A DNA stretch of 64,000 nt, taken from Candidatus Eiseniibacteriota bacterium (lineage in GTDB: Bacteria; Eisenbacteria; RBG-16-71-46; CAIMUX01; VGJL01). Numbering within the stretch: position 1 is the first letter of the stretch; each line of letters begins with the position of its first letter. Below the pieces are notes generated by a model. That model saw nothing but the letters and a program-made list of their open reading frames with translations. It had not been told where the DNA came from and ran no database searches. Shown piece by piece: positions 50,633 through 61,800 of the stretch. A program made the position numbers and the translations under genes. The stretch spans positions 640,001 to 704,000 of the forward strand of contig CAWBWI010000006.1 of NCBI GenBank assembly GCA_963792585.1, written 5' to 3'.

Positions 50633-51658
50633 ATGAGTCGAACGATACCCGAGATGATGAAGACGCCCGGCGTTTGCTACGCGATGACCGATGAGGGCCT
50701 CGAGGTCCCCGTCATCGATATCACACACGATGCGTTCGCGATCGATCCAACGCCGGAGGAACTGGCGGCCATATCCGCACAATCGTTGAGCCTCCTCAAG
50801 CAGTCGATCGGTGTCCCCACCATGCTCCAGAAGATGTTCACCAGGGGATCGATTCTCCTGCGCGAGGCGCACGGGAAATCGAGCTACCTGAGCGGGATGA
50901 CCACCTACCTGCAGAAGCTCGGCCCCGGTAATCTCGGTGCGGGATACGCGAACGATCTGGACCGCAAGGTGGCCGGATCGATCGGTCCGGTATCGGAACG
51001 GATGCGATTGCAGGACATCTCGGGCCTGCTGGCCGACGGGCTCGCTCCCGCCCTCACGACGCGACCCCACCGGCCGATCCAGTTGATCAGCATTGGAGGC
51101 GGCCCGGCGCCCGAGTGCTGGAACGCGCTCATCCTGCTGCGCCGCACAGATCCCAATGCGGTCGCGGGACGCCCGATCCGCATCCGGATCCTCGATCTCG
51201 ATCAGGAGGGACCCGCATTCGGCGGCCGGTGCCTGACTGCCCTGCGGGCCGAGGGATCCCCCCTGCACGGGCTCGACGTCATCTGCGAGCCAATCGTCTA
51301 CGACTGGGCGGACGTCGGCATCCTGCGCGGGGCGCTCGACGGCTTCATACCGGACTCCGTGGCGGCCGGATCCGCCGAGGGTGGCCTCTTCGAGTACGGG
51401 TCGGACTCGGAGATCGTCGCGAACCTCGAAGTCCTGCATACGGGAACGCCCGAGGACTTCCGGATCGTCGGATCGGTGGTCCGCGACGAGACGACCGCCG
51501 ACCCCAGCCTGCCGGTCCTACGCGACATGCGTGGGATTCCGCCCCGCTTGCTCGGCCTCGAGGCCTTCGGCGCACTCGCCGCCACGTCGGGCTGGAAGGT
51601 CGCCCGCGCGATCGAGGGAAATCCGTTCTACCATGTGGTGGAATTGAGCAAGGTGTAG
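50633..51658 (+). CDS. Methyltransferase-fold hypothetical protein
   Basis: SIGGGPA...LDLD; EGGLFEYG. Confidence 0.65.
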   Translation: MSRTIPEMMKTPGVCYAMTDEGLEVPVIDITHDAFAIDPTPEELAAISAQSLSLLKQSIGVPTMLQKMFTRGSILLREAHGKSSYLSGMTTYLQKLGPGNLGAGYANDLDRKVAGSIGPVSERMRLQDISGLLADGLAPALTTRPHRPIQLISIGGGPAPECWNALILLRRTDPNAVAGRPIRIRILDLDQEGPAFGGRCLTALRAEGSPLHGLDVICEPIVYDWADVGILRGALDGFIPDSVAAGSAEGGLFEYGSDSEIVANLEVLHTGTPEDFRIVGSVVRDETTADPSLPVLRDMRGIPPRLLGLEAFGALAATSGWKVARAIEGNPFYHVVELSKV

Positions 51659-51670
51659 GTCGGAGGGGTC

Positions 51671-52216
51671 ATGTCCACGAACGAGGGCCAGATCGGATGT
51701 TCCGCGCGGGAATTCCAGCGACTCCGTCGCTTGGCGAACGACGCGCTCGCGCAGCTTCACGACGAGCAGTGGTTCGTCGAGCCGTACCCTGACGGCAATT
51801 CCGTGGCCATCATCGTCAAACACATGTCGGGCAACATGCTCTCGCGGTGGCGAGACTTCCTGACCACGGATGGGGAAAAGCCGGATCGTGATCGCGACAC
51901 GGAGTTCGTCATCTCATCCACGGACACACGCGCCTCGCTTCAGCTCCGTCTCCAACGAGGGTGGGAATGCCTCTTCCAGGCACTCGGGTCTCTTACCGAC
52001 GCCGACCTGGGTCGGACGGTGCGGATCCGGGGCGAGGAGCACACCGTGCTCCAGGCGATCCACCGCCAGCTCACCCACTATGCCTACCACATCGGCCAGA
52101 TCGTCTCCTGCGCCCGAGGGCTCGTCGGCCCGGAGTGGAAGACGCTGAGCATCGCGAAGAACCGCTCGCGAGAGTTCCGGGACGCCCCGAATCCGTATCT
52201 TGAAGGATCCGGTTAG
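51671..52216 (+). CDS. DUF1572/DinB family protein
   Basis: NSVAIIVKHMSGNM.SRW.DFLTTDGEKPDR. Confidence 0.88.
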   Translation: MSTNEGQIGCSAREFQRLRRLANDALAQLHDEQWFVEPYPDGNSVAIIVKHMSGNMLSRWRDFLTTDGEKPDRDRDTEFVISSTDTRASLQLRLQRGWECLFQALGSLTDADLGRTVRIRGEEHTVLQAIHRQLTHYAYHIGQIVSCARGLVGPEWKTLSIAKNRSREFRDAPNPYLEGSG

Positions 52217-52393
52217 GGCGTAGCGGCCCAGCGGTCCCGAAGGGCTAGCCGGCGGCGCGTTCGGGCACCGTCGCTCGGGCTCGGTGCTCGTCGGGGTGCA
52301 TCGGCGCGGCGGCCTATTGTACTTCCGAAACGTCGACGTCGTGATGTCCCGTTTCGAGCCGGCCGCTGCCGACGGACCGCCCCACCCCTTCGG

Positions 52394-53935
52394 TCATCGC
52401 TGCTGGATTCGGCTCATGTCGATCACCGGTACGCACCTGGTCTTGTTCGGGACATGCTGGCAGCGGCCGATCGATCCCTTCACCTCGTAATGAACGTTTC
52501 GCGTGCCGGCGTCCGGGTACTTGCCCCGCTTCAGCAGGTGGAGGTCGAGCGTGAACCCGACCGGACGTTCCGCCTTCCAGAGCTGGTCATAGGTGAAGCT
52601 CTTGTATCCGAACGCGATCACGTCATCGTGATCCGCTACGTTGTCGAGCAGGTTCGTGACGCCTCCAGGAAACCAGTTCAGCGCGTCGTCCAGCTCCTCT
52701 CCCGTTGCGGCGTCCTTGGCCAGCGCCTTGAGCTTCGCCCTGATCTGATCGAGAATCGAGGAGTCCTCCGTCGCGACGTACCCGCACAGTTCGGCATCGT
52801 CTGCCTTCAGAAGATCCTTCATGGTCTGGCCGTTCTTCACGAGTCGGATGGCATCGGTCAGGGTTAGCGATTGGATGCAGCCATTCAGTTCGGCGCGCAG
52901 CCCGCCCATAAACGCATCGCGAGCGGCATTTGCCGCCTCCGTCGACGTCGCATCCTCCTCCATCGCCATCACGGCGACCCAGACCGTCGTCGCCTTGGTG
53001 AGCTGGCTATAGTCGACGCGAAAGCCGAACATGGCCTCCAGCAGAGGGTCATCGGCCATGGCGATGTTGATCGGGAGGATCTCGCTCTCGAAGCGGCCTA
53101 CATCCTCCGGAATGGAGATGTCGTCCCCGGAGCCGATAGAGCTGTTGTACTGGGGGATGTTCCCGTGCGTGTCGGCGCGTTGGGAAGTGGACACGCGCAC
53201 GCTCGAGTTCGCAAGATCGAGCACGTTCAGGGTGGTGCCATCCATGAAGAGCACCACCGGGACGATGTAGGGTTCCTCGTCGTCCTCCTCGTCGGCCTTC
53301 AGGATTCGGAAGGTCTGAAGCTCGACGAAGATGGGCATCGGGCGGGACAGCTCGGGATAGAGCCCCGCGGCCGTGAATCTGGTCGAGCTCTTGTCGCGCA
53401 TGTAGACGAGCTTTACCGTACCGGTCTGGACCGCCCCGGTCCCTTTCGGAAAGACCCGCACATAGTAGTCCAGCGAGCCGTCGGCGGGCGGCACGTCCGG
53501 AATCAGGCCCGCCAGGTTCAACTTGAAGTAACTCCATTTGGCTCCCGCACTGGCAAGAGGTGGGATGGAGCCATGGCTCACGACATTGTTCGTGGGAAAT
53601 GGATCCGTCGCGAGCTGCCAGGTCGCGCTGTCCGGCGAGAGTGGTGATCCCCAATGCAATTCGAGAGTCTCCGGCTCGTAGATCACCTTCTCGGCCCCCC
53701 ACCGCTCGAAGTCGCCGCTCAGCAGCTTGACCTCGAGTTGCGGCATGATGAACATGCGGCGGTTTGGAGTTCGGGACATCTGGTACTCAGCGGCCAATGC
53801 GTTCGCGCAAAAGGTGCACGCAAGAAAGAGGATCCCGCAGAAGGGCGACAGCGGGATTGGAAGCAGGCGCTTCACTTCCTGGGCGGCCTCGGGACTGATT
53901 CGTTCGACCATCGGGACCCCCGAGATTTCGGCCAT
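52394..53935 (-). CDS. Secreted hypothetical protein
   Basis: 513-aa ORF with an internal signal-like segment; start uncertain. Confidence 0.7.
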   Translation of the reverse strand: MAEISGVPMVERISPEAAQEVKRLLPIPLSPFCGILFLACTFCANALAAEYQMSRTPNRRMFIMPQLEVKLLSGDFERWGAEKVIYEPETLELHWGSPLSPDSATWQLATDPFPTNNVVSHGSIPPLASAGAKWSYFKLNLAGLIPDVPPADGSLDYYVRVFPKGTGAVQTGTVKLVYMRDKSSTRFTAAGLYPELSRPMPIFVELQTFRILKADEEDDEEPYIVPVVLFMDGTTLNVLDLANSSVRVSTSQRADTHGNIPQYNSSIGSGDDISIPEDVGRFESEILPINIAMADDPLLEAMFGFRVDYSQLTKATTVWVAVMAMEEDATSTEAANAARDAFMGGLRAELNGCIQSLTLTDAIRLVKNGQTMKDLLKADDAELCGYVATEDSSILDQIRAKLKALAKDAATGEELDDALNWFPGGVTNLLDNVADHDDVIAFGYKSFTYDQLWKAERPVGFTLDLHLLKRGKYPDAGTRNVHYEVKGSIGRCQHVPNKTRCVPVIDMSRIQQR

Positions 53936-54197
53936 CCATCGGCTTCGGCGCGGCCCCTACTCGACTGATTGCAGTGATTAGACCAGCGGCGATGCCCCCT
54001 GGGAAGACGAAAGAACTCGCGGAGATGTTGGGGACCGACGTCCGGACGAAGCATCCCGTGGGCGATGCCATTCGAATGCCGGCTGGTTGAGACGGAAGAA
54101 GTCACTCGGGCCCGCTTGGGAACCGATTCACCTCTGCTTGGCGTCGCGGCCACATTGGAGAGGCCGGGGAATCTCGCCTCCCGGCCGCGACCATCGG

Positions 54198-56729
54198 CTA
54201 CCTGGCGACGACCACCTTCCGCGAAAGACTCGCGTCCCCCGCGCGCAGCACAGCGAAATACGCTCCCGGCGTCACCCCCTCGGTGCTCCAGATGGCGGAT
54301 CGGATGACGCCGTCGCCGCGCGCGACTCCGCCGAGATTCCGTACGAGGCGTCCCGCCACATCGTAGATCGCCAGTTCCACCTGTCCTTCGTGACGCGCAG
54401 CGAACCGAAGCAGGATGTCCCCCCGCGACGGATTCGGGGTCGGTGGATCCAGCATGAGATCCTGCGGCTCCCCACCGGCGTCGGCCACCCCCGCCGCGCC
54501 GGCGAGGCCCACCTCCCACGCGCCACGCCCGTACGTGCCGGCGACCAGCTTGCGTGCGCCGTATCGGATCTCGAGGTCGGAGACGACCACGTTCGGAAGT
54601 GCGTCCGCGAATGGGAGCCACGTTGAGCCGCCGTTCGTGCTCTTCCACACGGCCACATCCGTACCGATGTACCAGTCGCTGGGCAATTGAGGATCGACAA
54701 CCATGCAGTTCACGGGCTGCGCCGGGAGATCGCCGGTCACGTTCGACCAGGTTGCGCCCAGGTCGGTGGTCATCGCGACGTGCGCGCCGGAGTCGTAACC
54801 TCCGAACGTGACGAATGCGGCGTTCGCGTCGGCGGGGTGCGCCAGGATCTTCGTGGCGGGCCCGCCCGTGGAGAAGCCGTAGGAGGCGGCTGTTCCCCAG
54901 ATCGCGCCACCGTTCGTCGTGCGGCGGGCCGTGCCCTCGACCGTCCAGACGATGTTCCCATCCACCGGACTGATGGAGATCCATATGGCGGAGTGCGTGG
55001 ACATTCGACTCCACGACGACCCGCCGTTCGTGGTGCGATAGATTCCACCGGTCGTCTCGGTGAAAAGGCGACTCGAGTTGGACGGATCGAGATCGGTGGC
55101 CGCCAGCCAGTCGCCCGAGTTCGCGCCGAGACCGGTCTGGATGTCGAACCACGAGCCGCCGCCGTCGGTGCTCTTCACGTGGTTCCCGAATTGCCACGCG
55201 GAGTAGACGATACTCGCGTTCGCGGGATCCACGTTGGTCACGAAGCCGTCCGCGAAGAGATTGGACGTGAACCATGTATCCACCGTGACGCGTCCCGGCA
55301 CGCCGTTGTCCTGTGCGCCGCCCAGGATGGCCGCCGGATCCGACTGCGCCACGCCGATGTCGTAGAACTGGTATGTGTTGAGACCCTCGCGTCGAGAGAT
55401 CCACGTGGCGCCGTCGTCCGTGGAGCGCCAGACCCCGCCGTCCGTTCCTGCCCAGAGGTCCGAGTCGGATCCCGGCTCGTATTCCATCACGTGGTGGTCC
55501 CAATGGAGCGCGCTTTCCGTGCCCAGACCGTAACCGTCGCCAACCTCGGCGAACGAGATGCCTCCGTCCGACGAGCCCCAGTTCTCCACCCCGCCCATGA
55601 GCACACGATCGGGGTTGTTCGGATCCACCACGATGGTGAGGTTGTACCAGCCCTGGCCGCGGGCGGCGTTCAGCGTGGTGTTCCGGGCGGTCCACGTAGC
55701 GCCGTCGTTCGTACTGCGATAGACGCCCAGGGTGCTGTAGTCCGAAGCGCTGGAGAGGTGCGCGAACAGAGTCGAAGGCGTGCCCCGGCACACCGAGAGC
55801 TTGGCCTTCCCGATTGTGGACGAGGACGGGAGACCCGCCATGGACGAGGTCCACGTCACGCCGTCATCCGTGGAGATCTGCAACGTGTTGCCACCGAACG
55901 TGTCGCCCCCGCCGATCGTGTAGGCCCGGTTCGTGCCTGTCTTCCACTCCGCGTCCCAGTAGTCGCCCGAAGATCGCACCCGCGTCCACGTGGCGCCGTC
56001 ATCGCTCGAGCGCCACATCCCGCCGCGGTCGCCCGCCAGCATCGTGCCGGTCAGCGGGTTGACCTCGATGAAATGGAAGCCGTTGGGAGCGCTGACGTCG
56101 TATGACACATTCGTGGGATTCCAGGTGTCGCCGCGATCGGTGGATCGCAAGATCCCGACACCGAACTGGGCTTCGAAGTTCAGCGTTCCCTCGCCGGTTC
56201 CGATCACCACGATGTTGGGGTCGCTCACGCTCACGCCGATGCCGCCGATGGCGATCGACGGAATCTCATCCGCCTGCGGGGTCCAGGTGTCGCCGCCATC
56301 TGTGGTCCTCCAGAGCCCGCCACTCGCAGCCCCCACGTAGACCGTGGTGGGATCGGTTGGATGAACCGCGAGCGCGAGGATGCGACCGGACATGTTCGTC
56401 GGCCCGATCTCGAACCAGGTCGCGGCGTCGGGACGACGGCCCGCACGCTCCTTCTTCACTTTCCAGGCATCCCAGCGGGCCTTGGGGCCTACGGCGCGAC
56501 CGTCTTCCATCCGGCTCTCGAGGAACCACTTGGCCCGGTTGTATGGATTCCAGCCGGTGCTGCGCTGCGTCTTCAACTCGGGGTGCGCTTCGAGGTATCG
56601 CCCCATCCTCTCGAGATCCGTGAGGGATCGATCCGAAGCGGGTGGGGACGCGGCCGCCGCCATTCCCGCAGAAAACACCAACGCACCGAGGAGCGCGACC
56701 GCACGGGCGGTCAACGTGGCACAGGGCAT
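54198..56729 (-). CDS. Secreted BNR/sortilin-like beta-propeller with FlgD-Ig/T9SS-like CTD
   Basis: Repeated S/T.DGG.TW Asp boxes; AGTYGRGAW; PNPSRG...YDVAGRLVR; GGAGG RBS. Confidence 0.9.
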   Translation of the reverse strand: MPCATLTARAVALLGALVFSAGMAAAASPPASDRSLTDLERMGRYLEAHPELKTQRSTGWNPYNRAKWFLESRMEDGRAVGPKARWDAWKVKKERAGRRPDAATWFEIGPTNMSGRILALAVHPTDPTTVYVGAASGGLWRTTDGGDTWTPQADEIPSIAIGGIGVSVSDPNIVVIGTGEGTLNFEAQFGVGILRSTDRGDTWNPTNVSYDVSAPNGFHFIEVNPLTGTMLAGDRGGMWRSSDDGATWTRVRSSGDYWDAEWKTGTNRAYTIGGGDTFGGNTLQISTDDGVTWTSSMAGLPSSSTIGKAKLSVCRGTPSTLFAHLSSASDYSTLGVYRSTNDGATWTARNTTLNAARGQGWYNLTIVVDPNNPDRVLMGGVENWGSSDGGISFAEVGDGYGLGTESALHWDHHVMEYEPGSDSDLWAGTDGGVWRSTDDGATWISRREGLNTYQFYDIGVAQSDPAAILGGAQDNGVPGRVTVDTWFTSNLFADGFVTNVDPANASIVYSAWQFGNHVKSTDGGGSWFDIQTGLGANSGDWLAATDLDPSNSSRLFTETTGGIYRTTNGGSSWSRMSTHSAIWISISPVDGNIVWTVEGTARRTTNGGAIWGTAASYGFSTGGPATKILAHPADANAAFVTFGGYDSGAHVAMTTDLGATWSNVTGDLPAQPVNCMVVDPQLPSDWYIGTDVAVWKSTNGGSTWLPFADALPNVVVSDLEIRYGARKLVAGTYGRGAWEVGLAGAAGVADAGGEPQDLMLDPPTPNPSRGDILLRFAARHEGQVELAIYDVAGRLVRNLGGVARGDGVIRSAIWSTEGVTPGAYFAVLRAGDASLSRKVVVAR

Positions 56730-56950
56730 CGGGACCTCCATTGCCCCAGGGGGCATGCGGGGGCGTGACGATTGAAAGCATCGACAATTGTAACATGTTG
56801 CGGCGCGGCCCGCCAGCGCTGCACTCCGAGCACTCCGAGGGGAGCGACCTTGCGCTAGACTGGGACGGAGCAGGTCGAAGCGTTGATTGATGGAGCGGGA
56901 GCTGTTGACGCGATTGCGATCACACAGGTCCGACCCGGGAGGCACGATCC

Positions 56951-57181
56951 ATGATCTACCCGTACGACAATGCCACGCAGACCCGCTGGGACAGGGGCGA
57001 GTTCAAGGTCCAGCTCAATCTACCGAACAGCTCGCGGCCCATGGGATTCTGTGACGGAACTCCTGAGGACATCGCCGAGCTGATCTCCATTGCCGAGGCC
57101 GAAGGTGCAGAGGACGTGACAATCCACAAGAAGCACCTCAAGAGCGGGCGCGAGATCTGGACCCTGGGTGGACCGGGCTGA
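56951..57181 (+). CDS. Small hypothetical protein
   Basis: GGAGG RBS, 76 aa, strong codon bias. Confidence 0.75.
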   Translation: MIYPYDNATQTRWDRGEFKVQLNLPNSSRPMGFCDGTPEDIAELISIAEAEGAEDVTIHKKHLKSGREIWTLGGPG

Positions 57182-57319
57182 GTGATGCGCGCTGGTTGCA
57201 GTCAATCTCATCTTGACCCGTGCCGACCGAGGCGTGAGCAATCCCGCGTCAAGGCCCCACGGGTCACCGCAAGGACGGATGTTGCTTGAAAGCAACGTTT
57301 GCAGAATACTGACTGACCG

Positions 57320-58897
57320 ATGCCCCACGAGGAGACGATACCCGATTCCCCGACCTCCGAGGCAGGCGCGCCCCGACTCCATTCTCAGGCGGGTCGGAGA
57401 AGCAAGCCGGCCTCGCGGGAGACGGTCGATCTTCCTCGATCGAGTCCCCTCGCTTCGGACCGACCGCATCCACCCAGGCGAGTTCCCGCGCTTATCGTAC
57501 TTTGGAGTGAACTCGAGCAAGATCGATCGGGCGAAGTCCTGCTGCTCCGAACCGCGCAGGCATCACTGGGGCGCATCGATCCCGACGACGCGGTCGTGGA
57601 AAGACCTCTCGTTCCGCTGCGGCAGCGGCCGGGCCGCAACGAAGATCGGCCTCCTCTCGCCCTGCCACAGCATGTGTCTCGGCGGCAGCTGGACTTGCTA
57701 GCCGTCGCGGGCTCGGGCCTACGCATCGTCCGCACGGGTCGCGCGAGCGTGGTACTCAATGGCTCCCGGGATCTCGGTCCAGGGGATCAGGCGGATCTTG
57801 CCCCCGGCGAGACCATTCTGATTGGGGAATCGCTTCTCCTGCTCGTCTCGCGTCGCCGAGTGGTTCTCGACCCCCTTCGTTTCCTTGCGCCGGAGCCGGT
57901 CCTCGACTTCGGCCAAGCGGACGTCGATGGAATCGTGGGCGAGAGCCCGGTGGTCTGGAAACTGCGAGATCAAATCGCCTTCGCCGCGCAGATGAGTCAG
58001 CACGTGGTGATCTTCGGACCTACGGGAAGCGGAAAGGAACTCACGGCTCGTGGAGTCCATCGCCAGTCGGCCAGGGGCGATCGACCTCTGATATCGCATA
58101 GCGCCGCCGATATTCCGCCAAGCCTCCTCGAGGCGGAGCTGTTTGGAAATCGCCCGGACTACCCGAACCCGAGGACCCCGGGCCGAGAAGGTCTCATCGG
58201 AACGGCCCACCGCTCATCGCTCTTCTTGGATGAAATCGCTCTGCTGCCGCTCGAACTACAGGGCAAGCTGCTGCGCGTACTGGACGACGGGGGCGTGTAT
58301 CGGAAACTCGGATTCGATCAACAGATGCAGTCGGATTTCCGACTCATCGCGGCGACCAATCGCTCCCCCGAAGCGCTGAGGGACGATCTCCTTGCCCGCC
58401 TCAAGATCCATCTTCAGCTACCGGCGCTCTCGGAACGCCCCGAGGACATCCCACTCCTCATTCACCATCTAATCAAGGGGATGAAACGATCCGCCAGCGA
58501 GAGAGAGCTGATGCGGCGGTTTGTGGAGGTCGGACAGGACGGCGCGCTGCGCATCCTCATCGACCCCTATCTGCTCAATCGATGGGCTCGTCAGGAACAC
58601 CCGCTCAACCTGCGCGGGCTGGAATCGGAGTTGCTGCGGGCGGTGGCGGGCAGTCACGGGGACCGGATCGAAGCCCCATTGCACCCGAAGGACTCCACTC
58701 AATCACCAACGCGGGTGGAGCCCTCAGGCTACCCAACACCGCGCGGCCCAATGCAGGATCTGAGTCGAGAACAACTCCTGGATCTCATGCAGCAGGCCGG
58801 CTGGAACGTGAGCCAGGCTGCGCGGAGCTTGGGTTGCAGTCGTTTTCAGCTTCATCGTCAGATCCGCAAGCACGGACTGAAGCCGCCAGCTCACTGA
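57320..58897 (+). CDS. FHA-like + sigma54-type AAA+ + Fis-HTH regulator lacking GAFTGA
   Basis: GPTGSGKE, LFLDEI, IAATNR, NVSQAARSLG; ELFGNRPDYPNP at the GAFTGA loop. Confidence 0.88.
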   Translation: MPHEETIPDSPTSEAGAPRLHSQAGRRSKPASRETVDLPRSSPLASDRPHPPRRVPALIVLWSELEQDRSGEVLLLRTAQASLGRIDPDDAVVERPLVPLRQRPGRNEDRPPLALPQHVSRRQLDLLAVAGSGLRIVRTGRASVVLNGSRDLGPGDQADLAPGETILIGESLLLLVSRRRVVLDPLRFLAPEPVLDFGQADVDGIVGESPVVWKLRDQIAFAAQMSQHVVIFGPTGSGKELTARGVHRQSARGDRPLISHSAADIPPSLLEAELFGNRPDYPNPRTPGREGLIGTAHRSSLFLDEIALLPLELQGKLLRVLDDGGVYRKLGFDQQMQSDFRLIAATNRSPEALRDDLLARLKIHLQLPALSERPEDIPLLIHHLIKGMKRSASERELMRRFVEVGQDGALRILIDPYLLNRWARQEHPLNLRGLESELLRAVAGSHGDRIEAPLHPKDSTQSPTRVEPSGYPTPRGPMQDLSREQLLDLMQQAGWNVSQAARSLGCSRFQLHRQIRKHGLKPPAH

Positions 58898-61800
58898 TTC
58901 TCGAGGAGCCGCCGCGCGGCGTCCGAGACTCTACGGTGCCCCCGAAGGGACGCCTCCTCGGCCAGCGACTCGATGATTGCTCGACCCGACTCGCGCCCGC
59001 CCTCCGCCAGGATCACTTCTCCAAGAAGGAGCCGAGCTTCGAACTCGAGCACTACGAATCCGGTTTCCGTCGCCTTCGAAAGCACGCTCTCCACGGTCCG
59101 GCGCGCCTCCGCCTTGCGACCAAGGGCGAGTTGCACGCGGGTTGCGTTCAATCCCACCTGAATGTCGGAGAGCCGCTGCCGATTGGCCTGCCGCGCAAGG
59201 ATCTCTCTCGCACGCGCGATCTCGGATTCCGCCTCCCCCGCGCGATCCAGGGCCAGCAGAATTCGCGACCGAAACGCTCGAGAGAGAGCCTCGGGCTCGG
59301 TCTCGCCCAGATCTAGATTCCACCGGATTGCCGTCGCGATGAGATCCTCGGATCGGGATAACTCCCCGCGTTCGAAAGCGATGTGCGCGGCGGCGAGGTA
59401 GCTTTCCCCGAGGTTCCAGGTCTCGTTGTTGGCCTCGAAGAGCGAAATCGATTCCTCGATCTGCTGCCGAGCTTCATCAAGGGCACCCTCGGTGACACTC
59501 AGGTCCGCGAACACCTGCAAAAGAAGGGCGCGCGTCCGCGTCGCATCCATCTTCCCCGCCAAAGTCAGCCCCTCGGTCAGGGCGTCTCGGGCAGGAACCA
59601 GACCCCCCACCATCAGCTGTGCCCAGGCAAGGGAGGTGAGATGAACCGCCAGGTGCTGCAGGTTTCCACCGGCTCGCGACAACCGGACGGCCTCGGCGTA
59701 ACCGTGGACCGCCGCAGCGAGGTTGCCCTGCAGAACTTCAAACTGTGCGATGCTGGAGTGGACGACGCTCGCGACGTTCTGGTTCTCGATGCGCGGCAGC
59801 AAGGATTGCGCCTCTTCCATCGAACCCCTGGCTTGGGAGAGATCTCCTGCCTTGCTCAAGACAATCACGCGGTTGGACAGCAGACGGGCGAGCATCTCGA
59901 AGTTGTCGACGCTGCGGGCCAGCGCGATTCCCTCGTCCAGTGCCCGGTGAAGCCGGGCCGAGTCGCCCGAGCCTCGATACGCGGCCATGAGCGTGTTCAG
60001 GGAATGGGCCTGGCCGCGGCGATCCCCCACCGTGCGTTGGATCCCGAGGGCCTCCTGAACGAGAGAGACGGCGGTCTCGAAATCCCGGCGCCCGAGGGCC
60101 AGTACAGAGAGGTTGGCCAACAGGCCAGCCTCGGTTCGCCTGCAGCCGATCTGCCGCGCGATCTCAAGCCCGGCCTCGAAGAGGTTTTGTGCTTGTTCAA
60201 TCTCTCCCTGCTCTCGCAGAACCACGCCGAGGCGTTGCAGACATCGGGCCTCTCCGCCCGCGTTCTTCAGGGTCCGGAAGGACGTCAACGCCTCCCCGAA
60301 CTTGTTGACGGCATCGTTGGGCCGACCCAGACGATGCAGGGCACTCCCCTCGATCTCGGCCGCGCGCGCCAGGAGCGAAGGCGACCCGAGATGGGAGGCC
60401 GTTTTCGCCGCCCGAGCGGCGATCTCCATGGCTCCGGAGTGGTCTCCCAAGAGACTGCACGCTTCAGCCTCCCATGCGTCGATGCGGGGGTCGTCCCCAC
60501 GCGGCACAGGGAGCGCACGCAGTGCCGCAGCGGTCACGCGGGCCTGCACAGCAAGCCCCGCCTCGATCTGGGCACGAAGGAGTCTCAACCCGTGCTCCAG
60601 GTCCTCAGGGTGGAAGACCCAGAGACTTCGGTAAATGTCGATCGCGCGTGGCGAATCATGGGCGAGTTGACGGAAGCGGGCCTCCACCAGCAGGCGTTCC
60701 TCGCGTTCGAGTCTGCCCGAAAGCTGGAACGCGCGCTGAGCCGTTCGGACCGCTTCCTGCTCGTAGCCCAGCTCCTGCGCGGCCTCTGCCCAGCCCAGAT
60801 ACGCGAGCGGAAAGCCGGGGTCCTGTTCGATCACCTGCTCGAAGGCCTCCCGCGCCTCTCCTGCATTGCCGAAGCGCAGGTGGGCGGTGGCATGGGCAAA
60901 GTTCAATGCGGCCTCTGGAATGATCGGGTAGGCGGCGCGCATATGACCCAATGCTCCGGGCGACTCGGGATCGAGACCCAAAGCTCCCCGCAAGCCGAGG
61001 GATGCTCGCTCCACGAGATCGACCAGCGACTTTGAGTTACCGACCTCGGCCACTCCGGCGGTTGTCCGGCCGGTGGCCGCGGCCTCGACTCGAAGCTGCC
61101 AAAGGAACTCATCCGGATCTCCGGCGGGCGCGTTGCGGACCTCGCCGGCCAGAAAGAGTCCGACGCCGAACTGCTCGCCAAGCCGTTGCCGGAGCTTCTC
61201 CGGGACCGAGCCTGCCGGTAGATGGCCCAGGTCCCGTGCGATCTCCGCGACGATTTCAGGTCCTACGATGGACAGCTCATCGCCGACCGCCAGGCGACGG
61301 GCGAGCAGATCCCCGAGTGCGGTGGAAAGCCAGGCGTGTCTCGGCACGCCGGTCTGATCCGCAAATGGGAGGACCGCCGCGGTTCGCGTCCGTGCGATGG
61401 ACTCGGTACCCGTGATCGCCTCGATGACCTCGCGGCTGGAGGAGAATCGAAGCCCAGGCTCCTTCTCGAGGCACCGCAGGATCGCCGCCTCCCACCGAGG
61501 ATTCAACTCGGGCACTATCGTTCGCGGCGATGGCGCCGGTTCGACAAGTCGCCGCTGGGCAATCTCCAGAGGAGGCCCATCGATCCAGGGAAGTCTTCCG
61601 GTCACCATCTCGAACAACACGAGACCGAAGGAATAGAGATCGGTCTCGGGCGTGATCGGTCCACCGCGCACTTGCTCCGGAGCCATGTACGCAGGGGTTC
61701 CTTGGTAGCGCGCGTGTGCGGCGTGGCGGGTCGACGGGTCGGCATTGTCCTCGCTCGATTCCGCTTCCAGGTCTGTCTCCTGCGTCGGGAGTCCCTTGTC

